From positions 80,414,001 through 80,478,000 of the forward strand of contig OX597818.1 in assembly GCA_951406725.2 (NCBI GenBank): a stretch of 64,000 nt of DNA, in the 5' to 3' direction. Under the pieces are notes generated by a model. That model had not been told where the DNA came from, searched no databases, and worked only from the letters and a program-made list of their open reading frames with translations. Of this stretch, positions 27,874 to 41,196 are shown piece after piece (the first letter of the stretch is position 1; every line of letters begins with the position of its first letter). Made by a program: the position numbers and the translations under genes. Origin of the DNA: Octopus vulgaris. Lineage: Eukaryota.

Positions 27874-28192
27874 GAGGGCGCGTGGCTTAGTGGTTAGGGC
27901 ATTCGGCTCATGATCGTAAGGTTGTGAGTTCGATTCCCGGCGACGCGTTGTGTCCTTGAGCAAGACACTTTATTTCACGTTGCTCCAGTCCACTCAGCTG
28001 GCAAAAATGAGTTGTACTTGTATTTCAAAGGGTCAGCCTTGTCACTCTCTGTGTCACGCTGATTATCCCCGAGAACTACGTTAAGGGTACACGTGTCTGT
28101 GGAATGCTCAGCCATTTGCACGTTAATTTCACTAGCAAGCTGTTCCGTTGATCGTATCAGCTGGGACCCTCGTCGTCGTAACCGGCGGAGTC
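27874..28192 (+). mobile_element. tRNA-derived SINE (family D)
   Basis: A-box tggcttagtgg, B-box gagttcgattcc, then tgtccttgagcaagacactttatttcacgttgctccagtccactcagctg. Confidence 0.8.
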
Positions 28193-28320
28193 TTTAGAAT
28201 ATAAATACGAATATATTTACAATTAAATATATTTATAATTAAAAATACATCATCTGAAAGTTTCCACCTTTTGCTTTCTCTCCTATTTTGTATTTCACAC
28301 ACAAACTAATATATTAAATA

Positions 28321-28874
28321 TCTATTATATAAAATCCGTTCTGTCTGTGTGTGTGTGTCTTCTAGGATCTCGGGCATCCTCCATCCGATTGCGCTCAAAT
28401 TTGATAAGTAGATACCGACGGTATCAGGGCGTGTATAAGTCTTGAAAAAATTACAAAAATCGATTCCAGGTAAGAATGCGATCGATAAAGCCGTTTTTGT
28501 CCTGCTTTTCTTCCGTCAACCTGTACATAACTGCACCTTCCATGTTTTGTTGTTTTTGTACTGCTTAAAGGCACGTTTCTTTCCTGCCAAACTTACTGTT
28601 TAAACCATGTTTGTGTTCTCTCAGTCAACAGTCTTATTATTACTGGTACTTTAAACTCTTCAATTGAATATTTGTGTGAATAAAATCGTTTTTCTTTGGA
28701 ATAGAAAAAAAGTCTATCTTTATTTCTTCTTTTGCTGGTGTCTCTAATTTAAGTTAAATCAGTGTTTCTCAAAGGGGAGGCCTATGGGACGGTCGGACAA
28801 GTTGTTTTGAAAAAATTTGGTTTAAATATTTGACAACTCAGCACCGTCCATTGGACGGGGGGCGTTTTGCTCAT
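28321..28874 (+). mobile_element. Non-autonomous Helitron-like element (copy 2 of 3)
   Basis: a|TCtattatataaaatccgttctgtctg at the 5' end; hairpin ccgtccattggacgg then gcgttttgctca at the 3' end. Confidence 0.78.
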
Positions 28875-29096
28875 ATTTAATATATTTGATGTGCCTAATT
28901 TGTTTATCCGCATAATTGCCCCTATACCCTCTCAACCTGATCCCTCTTATAACCTTTCTTTACCTTGTGGAGTGATCCCCTGTAAAAACACCGGAATGTG
29001 TGTTTGAATCTTTTGAACACTGCTGTCTTTTCTGCGGAGAATCTCTGGATCTCATCTGTGAACTATATACATACATGCAAACATACATACATACAT

Positions 29097-29405
29097 TGTT
29101 GTTTGTTTGTTCCTTCTCGAGTCATGCCTGGCTCATAAGGGCCGATTTCCCGGTTTCCTTGGCGTATAGGTTCCCCACCGGGACGGGACGCCGGTCCGTC
29201 GCAGGTGAGCAGCAAGATACAGGAGGAAAGAGTGGGAGAAAGTTGTGGCGAAAGAGTCAGCAGAAGTTCGCCATTACCTTCTGCTGATGCTGCGTGGAGC
29301 TTAGGTGTTTCGCTCATAAACACACATATCGCCCGGTTTGAGATTCGAACCCGCGATCTCTTGACCGCAAGTCCGCTGCTTTAACCACTAGGCCATGTGC
29401 CTCCA
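29097..29405 (-). mobile_element. tRNA-derived SINE, family C-like head with a different tail
   Basis: Minus strand ggaggcacatggcctagtgg..gggttcgaatc..gagcgaaacacctaagctccacg, ending in (AAAC)n. Confidence 0.78.
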
Positions 29406-29406
29406 C

Positions 29407-29518
<112 letters not shown>

Positions 29519-29777
29519 TTTAATATATTTGATGTGCCTAATTTGTTTATCCGCATAATTGCCCCTATACCCTCTCAACCTGATCCCTCTTATAACCTTT
29601 CTTTACCTTGTGGAGTGATCCCCTGTAAAAACACCGGAATGTGTGTTTGAATCTTTTGAACACTGCTGTCTTTTCTGCGGAGAATCTCTGGATCTCATCT
29701 GTGAACTATATACATACATGCAAACATACATACATACATACATTGTTGTTTGTTTGTTCCTTCTCGAGTCATGCCTG

Positions 29778-30365
29778 AAAAAAATAGGGAAGGCCAACTC
29801 TTGGTATGATAGCCATAAATACCAGAGTGTCATGTTCGTTGACACCACCCCTGGAGGTGAACTAGCGTACCGCTTTAGAAGGACCCTAGATAAACTTAAA
29901 CTAAGAATTAAGGTTGTTGAAAAGCCAGGCAACCCTATCAGATCTATAATTGGTAGAAGCTATCCTTTTAGTAGAACTCTCTGTATGGATAACTATTGCA
30001 CTGTATGTAGATTTAGCCCACAAACGAACTGTAAAGCCAGAAATGTGGTCTATAGTATAAGATGCATAGAGGGACGATGCAGTAACAAGACAGTAACATA
30101 CGTAGGGGAAACTGCAAGAAGCATTGGTGAGCGGGTGAATGAACATTGGAGACAACTCAAGGAAGGTAAAAGCTCATCGATTCTGTACCAACACGCCGAA
30201 CAAGAACACGGGGGATCAATCAATAACATAGAGATTAAGATATTGTCCACACATAGAACAGATGCAACAATTAGACAAATTACAGAAGCTACACATATAA
30301 TAGAAAATAAACCTAGCCTGAATAGAAAACTAGAATGGAGCAATAGCGCACACCACAACATATGA
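29778..30365 (+). CDS. Penelope-like retroelement C-terminus: Cys-rich linker plus GIY-YIG endonuclease (5'-truncated)
   Basis: [62 protein letters not shown]. The first ~45 codons of track ORF 29643-30365 are unrelated duplicated flank. Confidence 0.9.
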   Translation, partial: KKIGKANSWYDSHKYQSVMFVDTTPGGELAYRFRRTLDKLKLRIKVVEKPGNPIRSIIGRSYPFSRTLCMDNYCTVCRFSPQTNCKARNVVYSIRCIEGRCSNKTVTYVGETARSIGERVNEHWRQLKEGKSSSILYQHAEQEHGGSINNIEIKILSTHRTDATIRQITEATHIIENKPSLNRKLEWSNSAHHNI

Positions 30366-30870
30366 CAATAGTGGATCCTGCAAACATAATAAATACACAG
30401 GTAATTAAAGAAATAGAAATGAATATCTATATATATGTGTATGTGTATATATATGTATATGTATATGTGTATATATGTGTGTATATATGTATATATATAT
30501 ATATGTATATGTATATGTATGTATATATATGTATATATATATTCTTTTTTTTTTTTCGATTAGATTTATTATTATTATTACTAATATTGTTGTTATACAT
30601 ACATACAAGCATATGTAATGATAATAATGGGTGGATGTAAACACATGAACAAAATTAGAACAAAAGCAACAACAACAAAAACAAAATACAAATTACAAGA
30701 ATGTATATAACCAGAAGATACAAATATTACAGGCATCCCCCCCACACACACACTAAATAAACATAGACGCACATAGAGATATAAGCATGCGCAAATGAAG
30801 ACATACAATAGAAATACAAAATGGCTGACGGTTAGTAAGGAGAGACACAAGTAAGTGAGAAGAAAACAAA

Positions 30871-30915
30871 GGACCACTGATGCGGTCACAGGAGTGTGAC
30901 GAAAGAACTTTGGCC
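30871..30915 (+). ncRNA. Hammerhead-like motif in the 3' region of the GIY-YIG element
   Basis: CCA CUGAUGC G GUCACA ggag UGUGAC GAAA GaaC UU UGG. It has a 6-bp helix II and a core A9>C change. Confidence 0.65.
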
Positions 30916-31091
30916 GAAATAAGATTAAGATTAATGTAAAAAAATAAATATCACTGAAGCAAAATAACACCAAATATATAGTGCGTGTGTTTTTATTGGC
31001 TAAACTGGCAATATGACCATTCCGAAATATAACAATATCTGTTTCAACACACGACTTCACATAAAAAATCTTGCACAACAAATATTTAAAC

Positions 31092-31136
<45 letters not shown>

Positions 31137-31174
31137 GACATGTATATGTATGTGTATACACACACATACACCCC

Positions 31175-31205
<31 letters not shown>

Positions 31206-31426
31206 CGTGTGCGTGCGAATGCACAAATCCGCGTCTTCTATGAACGCCGACCGCCTTACATAACATTCCAAAGAAGAATAGTATTTGTGTACGTACGACT
31301 GTGCGCATGCGTAGAACACCATTTTGACTGAATTCACAGATCTCCTGCCGATGACATACAGAACGTAATAAATAAGGTGTTTTAGTGTGACATGTGCAGA
31401 CATTATTTGAATACGTGCGTAACAAC

Positions 31427-31457
<31 letters not shown>

Positions 31458-31981
31458 GTAATAATAATTATAACAATAAAGATGATGATAATAATATTAA
31501 TGTTGTGAATTTTCCTTTTGATTGAAGTATTACTTCTAACATCGTTTACTGCGATGTCATATGAAACATTAAAAGCTCTTTGTGTTTTAAAACAACAGAT
31601 TTGAGAGACTCAATGGAAAAATTAACACCACAAAATACATTAAAAATATAATTTCCTCGACGCGTTATTATTTCTGATTAGCTTTTTAATGTTCCCTTCA
31701 TTAAATATGTCAACACTAATTTAATTTAATTATTATATTATTATTTTTTTTTTTTTCGTTTTTATTCTGAACGCGTCTCGGAATTATTTAATTTCGAACC
31801 AGCTGTTGTTTCCTGCTTCAGTAAATGTAAATTTTTGCTGTACATTATTTAATAATCACCTTCTAGCGAGGGTTATAGAGTTGGGCTGGGGCATATCTAC
31901 ACAAATGAACATAATCTGGACTTTATTTCTTCATATCTTTCAAAAACATGGATACTTTTTTAATGAAATTTTCTTTTACAA

Positions 31982-32410
31982 GGCGCAGGTGTAGGTGTGC
32001 GGTAAGAAGTTTTACTTCTTAACCACATGGTTCCGGGTTCAGTCCCTGTGCCTGTGTAGTTTAGCCTCGGGCCGACCAAAGCCTTGTGAGTGGGTTTGGT
32101 AGACAGAAAATGAAAGAAGCCTGTCATGTGTATGTATATACATATATGTGTGTATGTGTGTGTATATGTATGTATATGTGTGTGTGTTTGTGTGCATGTC
32201 TTTGTGTCTGTGTTTGTCTCCCACCACCGCTTAACAACCGGTGTTAGTGTGCTTACGTCCCCGTAGTCTAGCAGTTTGGCAAAAGAGACCGGTAGAACAT
32301 GAACCAGGCTTTAAAAAAATGCATACTGGGGTCGATTCATTCGACTAAAAATTCGCTCCCAGCTTAGTCGTAGTTCAATGACTGAAAAAAGCAAGTGGTA
32401 AAAGAGATAA
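31982..32410 (+). mobile_element. SINE family A
   Basis: Head ggcgcagg through tail atgactgaaa, with a short internal deletion. Confidence 0.8.
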
Positions 32411-33124
32411 TGGCTTTCAGACGGTGTAGATAATTCTCGTAAGTCGACTTTGTTTCTTCATAACTTTCAGAAATGTGGACATTTTTTTATAAGATTTTCC
32501 ACAAATACTCTTCAGATGGTGTAGATCAATGCTCCGCAACCGGTATGCCGCGGCACACTGGACTTTGTTTCTTCATATCTTTCAAAAACATGGATACTTT
32601 TTTAATGAAATTTTCTTTTACAAGGCGCAGGTGTAGGTGTGCGGTAAGAAGTTTTACTTCTTAACCACATGTTGGGTGTGCCGCAGTGTAACCTGAATAC
32701 AATATTTTCCCCTATACTTTTAGTTATATTTTTAGCTCAGGCTTACTGCCAAATATTGAAAAGAATATAAGTGTATCGCAAGTGAAAAAAGGTTTGGAGG
32801 GCGATGGCGTAGATGACGACTATATCGTAATTTATTGTGAAATAAAAAAGAAGACATGGTTCGTGCGTACACATATATACTAACACACATCACATATTCT
32901 TTTTCAAAATTTCAATTTATCAATTTATTGCGCATAAAATTTTAACAACAAAGTTTTATATGGACCTCCCAAGGGCCATGTGGACCCGATTGAGAACTAC
33001 GGGTATAGATTATGATTATATCGGAATTTAATGTGAAAACAATGGCGGACACGCACATATGTACACTGAAACACATCACACATACACACACATACATACA
33101 TACATACATACATACATACATACA

Positions 33125-33156
<32 letters not shown>

Positions 33157-33264
33157 AGATTTTGCTGGCAAACTTTTTGGTTATACTTTTATAATACACG
33201 AAATATTTAAAGTTTTTATGCAATTCTTAATAATATTTGATTATAAAAATACATAGAGATTTTA

Positions 33265-33323
<59 letters not shown>

Positions 33324-35336
33324 TAAATGGCTGTGGGTGTCCAGTAGAGCAAAATAGGAATGAAAGGAGCCGATTGGAAAAAAATGGTTGAGAACCTTTA
33401 ATCTATACCACCCGAAAGGTATTTGTGGAAAATTTCATTAAAAAATATCGATTTTTTAAAAAACCTAAGAGGAAATAAAGGCGGACTGGGCACATTCATG
33501 TAGGTTTGCCTAGAGTTGTTAAGTAGTTTATTAATGAACAACAATATTTGGTTAGTCATTATAACCACACTGATATTGGTTTCAAATTTTGGTAGAAAGG
33601 CCAGCAAGTTTGGGGAAGGGGATAAATTGATTACATCGACTCCAGTGTTCAACTGGTACTTATTTCATCGACCCCCGAAAGGATGAAAAGAAAATTCGAT
33701 CGCGGGAAGTATTTGAACCCAAAACATTAAACATAGATGAAAATGTTTCTCAGTGTTTTGCCCAGCATGCTAATGATTCTGCCAGCTCGCCGTCTTAATA
33801 ACCACACTAATATTGGTATTAGTTTTCATACATTTTTATTAATTTGGAACGTTTGCATTTACACATATGCAATAGTTGAATAAATAGAACAGCATACAAG
33901 AGGTATCGAATAGATTAGGTACAAATTTTTACTGCATTAAAGAGCAAAATAGGAATCAAATTTATAATTATTGAGAACAAATTAGGTAGAAAGAAAGAAC
34001 ACACTTTACGACAATGCTTGCAGACATAGCTACGAGGAACACCTTAGGTCGTTCAAGGCAGAAGAAGCAGAAAAAGTGAGAACATCTATTATAGAACTGA
34101 GTGACATAGTTCCGTGTAAAACCTAGGATGGTTCTGTCTGGGCATTCATAATCCCACTTTTTATAATGTCCAACGGATATTCTAGAAAGTTCGACCAAAC
34201 TACTTGACGGTAAGCTTACAGTTTCTTTCGTTACACACTAGTCTATTTCATTAGCTGAGCCAATTTCGTGTCGGCGTTAAAGCCTTTCATGACGACAATT
34301 AATTTTCCATAGTTGGCTTTGCCGTTTATGGTAGTATTGTAGACCGTGGTCATAAGCTGGGGAAGCTGAGTGTGATATTTCAAAACTCAACAGGAGACTC
34401 GCTACAATCTCGTTACTAACCCACCAATTACTGTGGAAAGTATGATTCAATGTGTGGACCGCAAGGGATGTGTGTTGGAAATTCTAAGTCCTTTGATGTT
34501 GGCCTCCGATATACCGACATCGCTTGTGTTGGTATCGTCTATTAAGTAAAAGAAAAAAGGGCACCTTTCATATTACTGTTAATAAAAGCACGCAGTCTAT
34601 GAATTTTGAGAACATCGGTATCAAACAAATACCATGAATGAATTTAGTAGACGGAAACTGTGTGGAAGCCTGTCAGATATAAATATGTATGTATGCATGT
34701 TTGTATGTATGTACGGGTCGCCTTTTGTGTTTATGTTTGTTATCCCACACCGCTTGACAACCAATGTTTGTTTTTTTACATCCCTGTAATTTAGCAAGTG
34801 AGCGAGAGAAAGACAGAGTGGGCAGAGAGAGAACCATTAAAACGTCCGATGTTTGATTAGTCATCATGGAAACTGCGACACCAAATAAGCGGGCCCAAAA
34901 CGGCAGATGGTGCATAATAAGGAGAAAGGAAGTTTATACTTAATTATCCATAGATTTTCATTCAGTTCAGTGGAGGCCACATGAGACAAGCAATACGAAG
35001 TAGAACGTTTTAGACATCTGGCTATTTGTTTTAATCACATGATCCACCAGACTATCGTATGTTGTTATACACCGCTTGTCACCATGCGCTTTGCATCGTT
35101 TTAGCTTTCGAATGAAGCCATCCCCTGCTGACTAGGCGAACAGGTCAGCATTATTCACTCGCAAGACATTGGTCGGTCGGGTCTAAAGTAGAAGACACTT
35201 GCCCAAGGTGCCATACGTTGGGACTGAACCCGAAACCGCGTGGCTGCAAATCAAACTTCTTAACCACACAGATATGTATGAATTCATTCCAGTATCACTA
35301 TCCTTATCGATCCTTGTGTCACACATTATGATATGT

Positions 35337-35568
35337 GGAGGTGTGACTGTGTGGTAAGAAGCTTGCTTCCCAACCACATGGTCCCGAGTTCAGTCCCGCT
35401 GCGTAGCACCTTGAGCAAGTATCTTCTACTATAGCTCTGATTGACCAAAGACTTTCGTGTGGATTTGGTAGGCGTAAACTGAAAGAAGCCCATCGTATAT
35501 ATATATATATATATGCTTACCCAGCGTACCTATTCGTTTAGATTACAAGTGAAATAAACCCTTCATAT

Positions 35569-35661
<93 letters not shown>

Positions 35662-35968
35662 TATATATTATATATTATATATATACATATATGTATATAT
35701 ATATGTGTGTGTGCGTGTGTGTGTATGTGTGTATTTATGTGAGTGTGTCTGTGTTTTCCCCCACCATCGATTGGCAACCGATGTTGATGTGTTTACGTCC
35801 CCGTAACTTAGCAGTTCGTCAAAAGTGGCCGATAGAATAAGTACTTATTACAAGCAATAACTTCTGGGTCGATTCTCTTCGACTAAAAAAAAAACTTTTA
35901 AGGTGGTGCTTCAGCATGGCCATACTGAAATGATTGAAACAAGTAAAAGTATAAAAGAATAAAAGAAT
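35337..35968 (+). mobile_element. SINE family A with expanded internal microsatellites
   Basis: Head 35337-35495 and tail 35740-35968. Confidence 0.78.
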
Positions 35969-36363
35969 AACAAGCTCATAAAAATCACGAATGTCCAAAC
36001 GAATATTGACACCAGTCTCAAATCACAAAATCATAATAACGGTACAGCGTTGTCAAATTCTGTGATTCTCAACCGGGATCCATGTGACCTCCGGCGGTGT
36101 ATATAAGATTTTTGGTGGAGCCCAAGCAAGACAGTAAATTGGGGATCTACAGTAGTATTTCAAGGGTCCATGAAAAATGTTTGCTTTAGATTTATCTATT
36201 GCAAGAAACAACTAGGGGCTTTTTTAATGTTTTTTTAATGCAGTGGTCCCCAAACATTTTCGGGCTATTCAGGCCAACTAACCATCACAAACAGAGACCT
36301 CTTTCTGAAGCAAATTCAAAACAAGTGTATTTATATAAAACTTAACCTAAACATATATATATA

Positions 36364-36753
36364 CTAGCAGTATCGCCCGGCGTTGCTCGGGTTTCTTTTG
36401 ACCCTTTAGAATTGGAATTTTTGAAAAGTAAAAATTTTGCATTATGTAGCTTGTTATTCTCTTTAAGTGAACATTTTCCTGGTTGAAATACACCGAAAAA
36501 TGGCGGCACAGCAGTCAAAAAATCGTTAAAAAAGGGGATTTTCATAGAAAAAAAAAGCATGTTTTTGATGTAAATGAATTTTGGTGTTAAAATGGTCCGA
36601 TTTGAATTTTTTCTTCTACGGAAGAAAGAGCACCTTCTTCTATCAAACTCTCAATTTTGGTCAACTTGCGCCGCAGGGTCTCGGAGGAGATAGTGTTAGT
36701 TTAAGGCTACCAAACCTGCCATACACAGATAACTTCAGCTTTATATATAGAGA
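36364..36753 (-). mobile_element. Complete non-autonomous Helitron
   Basis: Minus strand A|TCtctatatataaagctgaag ... cccgagcaacgccgggcgatactgCTAG|T. Canonical termini and an A|T target. Confidence 0.9.
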
Positions 36754-36755
36754 TA

Positions 36756-36830
<75 letters not shown>

Positions 36831-36891
36831 GCTTCTGTCAGTTTCCGTCTACCAAATAAAACTTAACCTAATGAGCCCATTATTTTAGTAT

Positions 36892-37285
36892 TTTACTTGT
36901 TTCAGTCATGTGACTGTGGCCATGCTGGAGCACCGCCTTTTAGTCGAGCAAATCGACACCAGCCTAGTACTTATTCTATCGGTCTCCCTTGCCGAACCGC
37001 CAAGTTACGGGGACGTAAACACACCACCATCGGTTGTCAAGCAATGTTGGGGGTGGGGGGAGACAAACATAGACGCACAAACATACACACACACATACAT
37101 ACATATATATATATACATATATATACGACGGGCTTCTTTCAGTTTCCGTCTACCAAATCCACTCACAAGGCTTTGGTCGGCCCGAGGCTATAGTAGAAGA
37201 CACTTGCCCAAGGTGCCACGCAGTGGGACTGAACTCGGAACCATGTGGTTCGTAAGCAAGCTACTTACCACACAGCCACTCCTAT
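36892..37285 (-). mobile_element. SINE family A, full length
   Basis: Reverse-complement match over the entire length. Confidence 0.88.
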
Positions 37286-38201
37286 GCATTTTTGTTGAGT
37301 TTACATGAATCGCCACCCCATCACCGCCCCACTTTTCTTCAACGCTCCCTTGGAACCTTCCCACCGCCCCCAGTAGGGCAATACCGCCCACTTTGGGAAC
37401 CTCTGTTTTATAGAGTTCAGCATGATTCCAGCCACTGAAACATGTTCTCTGAGAGAGTGCTGTTACAAACCAAGTGAATGAGTGAAAACCAAAAAAGGGA
37501 TTTTCAAAGAAGTACATATAAAACTACTTTTTTAAATATCGAATGGCTATGGAAGTCCACCAGAGTAAAACAGTAATCAAAGGGATCCATAGACAAAAAA
37601 AAAAATGGTTGAGAACCCCTGGTCTAAAGTAATCTTGCACTTGCTCAGCGAGCTCTTATAAAGTAAAGTATATTCAAATGCATGAAAATAAAACGAGGCC
37701 TTGAACAAGTTCAAGTTTCAGTAAAATGGGATAATCGATTTGAAAAATCTATGTTGGTCATGGGGTAGACATAAGTTTACTAAATTTTATGTAAGTTTTT
37801 ATCAGCTCTGCACCTCCGCCTTCATCACTGATTCCAACGTCTCTGATATCACCACCACTACAAATACTATTTCCACCATCACCATCATCACCACTATCTC
37901 CACTACCACCACTGCTATCATCATCACCATCGCTATCATCACCACCACCTTCACCATCATCTCCACCAGCTCGACCACCATCACCGCCGACTCTAACAGT
38001 ACCATCACCTTCACCTTCAATCGCTACCGCAACTACCATCATCACCACCACCACCATTACCATCAACACCGCCAAGGCTACCATCACAACCACCGTCATA
38101 ATCACTATCACCACTACCACGCCTACTACCACCAACGTCGTCAACACTATCAACGCTATCATCATCATCACCATCGTACTTTTCAACATCACACTATCAT
38201 T

Positions 38202-38256
<55 letters not shown>

Positions 38257-38502
38257 AAAACAAAAGGAACCAACATCGAAATTAGAAACAGTTCGTAATT
38301 TATTCAAGATATGAAGAAGTGTGGAAAATTCGGAAATTTTCGAGAAAGTTCGAAAAAGTTAGAAATTTGAAGAAATCAATGTGGAGTTCTTGGCAAATCT
38401 GATTGTATAAAATATAAAAGGAGAAAGTTCTAGGTGAAGAATAGTTGAGAATGGTCATTTATTAACTCTGTTTCTTGAGGTGGATGGTCACGAGGTCTTT
38501 TA

Positions 38503-38900
38503 TACTTTTCAGTCATTAGACTGCGGCCATGCTGGGGTACCGCCTTGAAGAATTTTCGCCTGCCAAATCAAGCCTGGTACTTATTCTATCGGTCAATGTT
38601 GCCGAGCCACTAGTTTCAGGGACGTAAACAATCCAATCCCGGTTGCCCCGGTTGTCAAACAGTGGTGGGTGACAAACACATACACATTTACAATCATAAA
38701 CACGTAGATATATTCATATATATACGTGTGTGTGTGTGTGTGTGTGTACGACGGGTTTTTTTTTTTCACTTTCTGTCAACCAAATTCACTCATAAAACTT
38801 TGGTCGATCCAAGGCTATAGTAAAAGACACTTGCTCAAGGTGCCACGCGCTGGGACTGAACCAGGAACCATGTGGTTGAGAAGCCAGCTTGTTACCACAG
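38503..38900 (-). mobile_element. SINE family A, diverged
   Basis: Reverse-complement match to head and tail. Confidence 0.78.
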
Positions 38901-39778
38901 TTACACTTGCGTTTATAATTTCCTAAAAAATCTCTCATTGGTAATGTGTTGATTCATTTTGAAATACTTCTTAACGTCGCTCGACGTTACACACATGAAA
39001 GGCTTGGTTCAGAGTTTGCTAATAACCAAGAATATCAAAATGAGAATATTCAGTTTTATTATTTTTGGAAGTGGAAAGGTGGCAAGCTGGCAGAATCGTT
39101 TTCGCGCCGGCAAATTGCTTGGCGATATTTCGTCCGTCTTTACGTTCTCAGTTCAAATTTCGCCGAGGCCGATTTTGCTTTCCATCCTTTCGGGGTCGAT
39201 GAAATAAGTAGCAGTCAAGCACTGGGGTCGATATAATCGACAATCCCCTTTCCCAAATATTTCAGGCTTTGTGCCTATAACAGAAAAGATTAATCATTGG
39301 AAATGATGAACCGGCTTGTTGTTAAGCAACAAGGCGGGTAAGGGTGATTAGGTGATGGTCTAGGGCTTAGGGGTGGGAGAACCCAGACCTTGGAAGAAAA
39401 AAAAACTTTGGTCGTCTTGTTGTAGTCGAGGGCCCTTTGTTAACGACCGACACCACTGGGAGGTGGCCCTCGAAGTCGCTGGAAATGGAGATCTCCAGGT
39501 CCAAATTCTTGAACGGCTGATGAGCCAGCAGAATCGTTAGCACACCGGGCAAAATGCTTTGCGATATTTTGTCCGTTCTGAGTTCAAATTCTGCCGAAGT
39601 CCACTTTGCCTTTCATCACTTTCAGGATCGATGAAATGTAATTTAATTCCTTCTCTCCTCAAAAAAAAACAAAAAAAAAAACTGCAAGCACTGTGCCATA
39701 ATTTGAAACCACTGTCATTGACTTCCAGTGACAGTGATAGATAATATAGATAATATAATATATATATATATAGTTGAA

Positions 39779-40347
39779 GGCGGCGAGCTGGCAGAAACGT
39801 TAGTACGCCGGGCGAAATGCGTAGCCGTATTTTCGTCTGTCGTTACGTTGTGAGTTCAAATTCCGCCAAGGTCGACTTTGCCTTTCATCCTTTCGGGGTC
39901 GATTAAATAAGTACCAGTTACACACTGGGTCGATATAATTGACTTAATCCGTTTGTCTGTCCTTGTTTGTCCTCTCTGTGTTTAGCCCCTTGTGGGTAGT
40001 TAAGAAATACGTATTTTCGTCTGCCGTTACGTTCTGGGTTCAAATTCTGCCGAGGTCGACTTTGCCTTTCATCCTTTCGGGGTCGATAAATTAAGTACCA
40101 GTTACGCACTGGGGTCGATGTAATTGACTTAATCCGTTTGTCTGCCCTTTATTTGTCCTCTCTGTGATTAGCCCCTTGTGGGTAATAAAGAAATAGGTAT
40201 TACGTCTGCCGCTACGTTCTGGGTTCAAATTCCGCCTTTCATCCTTTCGGGGTCGATAAATTAAGTACCAGTTACGTACTGGGGTCGATCTAATCGACTG
40301 GCCCCTCCCCAAAACATTTCGAGCCTTGTCCCTGGAGTAGACAAGAA
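39779..40347 (+). mobile_element. SINE family B trimer
   Basis: One head followed by three bodies, joined at aagaaata|(c/g)gtatt..cgtctgcc. Confidence 0.88.
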
Positions 40348-40965
40348 TATATATAGTTGGTAAATAATATAGGAGGAGGCTACTAAATTTGCCTCAATTT
40401 GAGGAAATTGTAGTTGAATAATAGTAGAAATTTCCTTTTATCAACGATGTCCCTTGGGGTGGTTGGTTACAAGATAGTTTAGGAAGGTTTATTACTTCTT
40501 AAAAAACCTCACTTAAGGCGTTAGAGTGTTTTGAATTCTCCTCAACGTCGCTCGACGTCGCACATAGAAAAAGTTTGGTCTAGAGTTTGTTATTATCATA
40601 GAATGCAAAAATAAGAATATTCCTTTTTAATTATTATTGAAAGAAATCTTCGTTGATTGGTTGTTAATCTAGAAGGGAGTTAAAGGCGGCAAGATGAGTG
40701 ACAGTCGTTAGCACGCCGGGTAAAATGCTTGGTAGCATTTCATCAGTCCTTACGTTCTGAGTTAAAATTCCGCCATCCATTCTCTTGGGGTCGATATAAT
40801 CCAATCGAAATTGCTGGCCTTATGCCAAAATTTGAAATCATTATATAAGGGGGTTATTAGCAAACCTGCTTGTATGACATACAAACTAAGGAAGTTCCAA
40901 CTGAATAATAAAGAATGTTCTTTTATCTACGATGTTGGTTAAGGTTAGGGAATAAGATGTTTCAA

Positions 40966-41196
40966 GGCGGCGAGCTGGCAAAACCGTTAGCACGCCGGGC
41001 GAAATGCGTAGCTGTATTTCGTCTGCCGTTACGTTCTGAGTTCAAATTCCGCTGAGGTCGACTTTGCCTTTCATCCTTTCGGGGTCGATAAATTAAGTAC
41101 CAGTTACACACTGGGGTCGATATAATCGATTTAACCCGTTTGTCTGTCCTTGTTTGTCCCCTCTATGTTTAGCCCCTTGTGGGTAGTAAAGAAACA
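40966..41196 (+). mobile_element. SINE family B with a 22-bp target-site duplication
   Basis: ggttagggaataagatgtttca (40943-40964) versus ggttaggaaataagatgtttca (41197-41218). Confidence 0.9.

Noticed and set aside
29030-29062. Minus-strand CAGAUGA-GAUC/GAUU hairpin (also in the duplicate at ~29675-29705)
   Set aside because: The core is altered and GAAA is displaced by 7 nt, with no helix I or III.
29330-29405. tRNA-like sequence (also at 926, 27874 and other SINE heads)
   Set aside because: It has A/B boxes but no acceptor-stem closure and continues into a SINE body, so it is not a tRNA gene.
37740-38285. 181-aa Thr/His-rich ORF and its antisense
   Set aside because: Degenerate (ACC/ATC)n low-complexity sequence ending in (GAAA)n.
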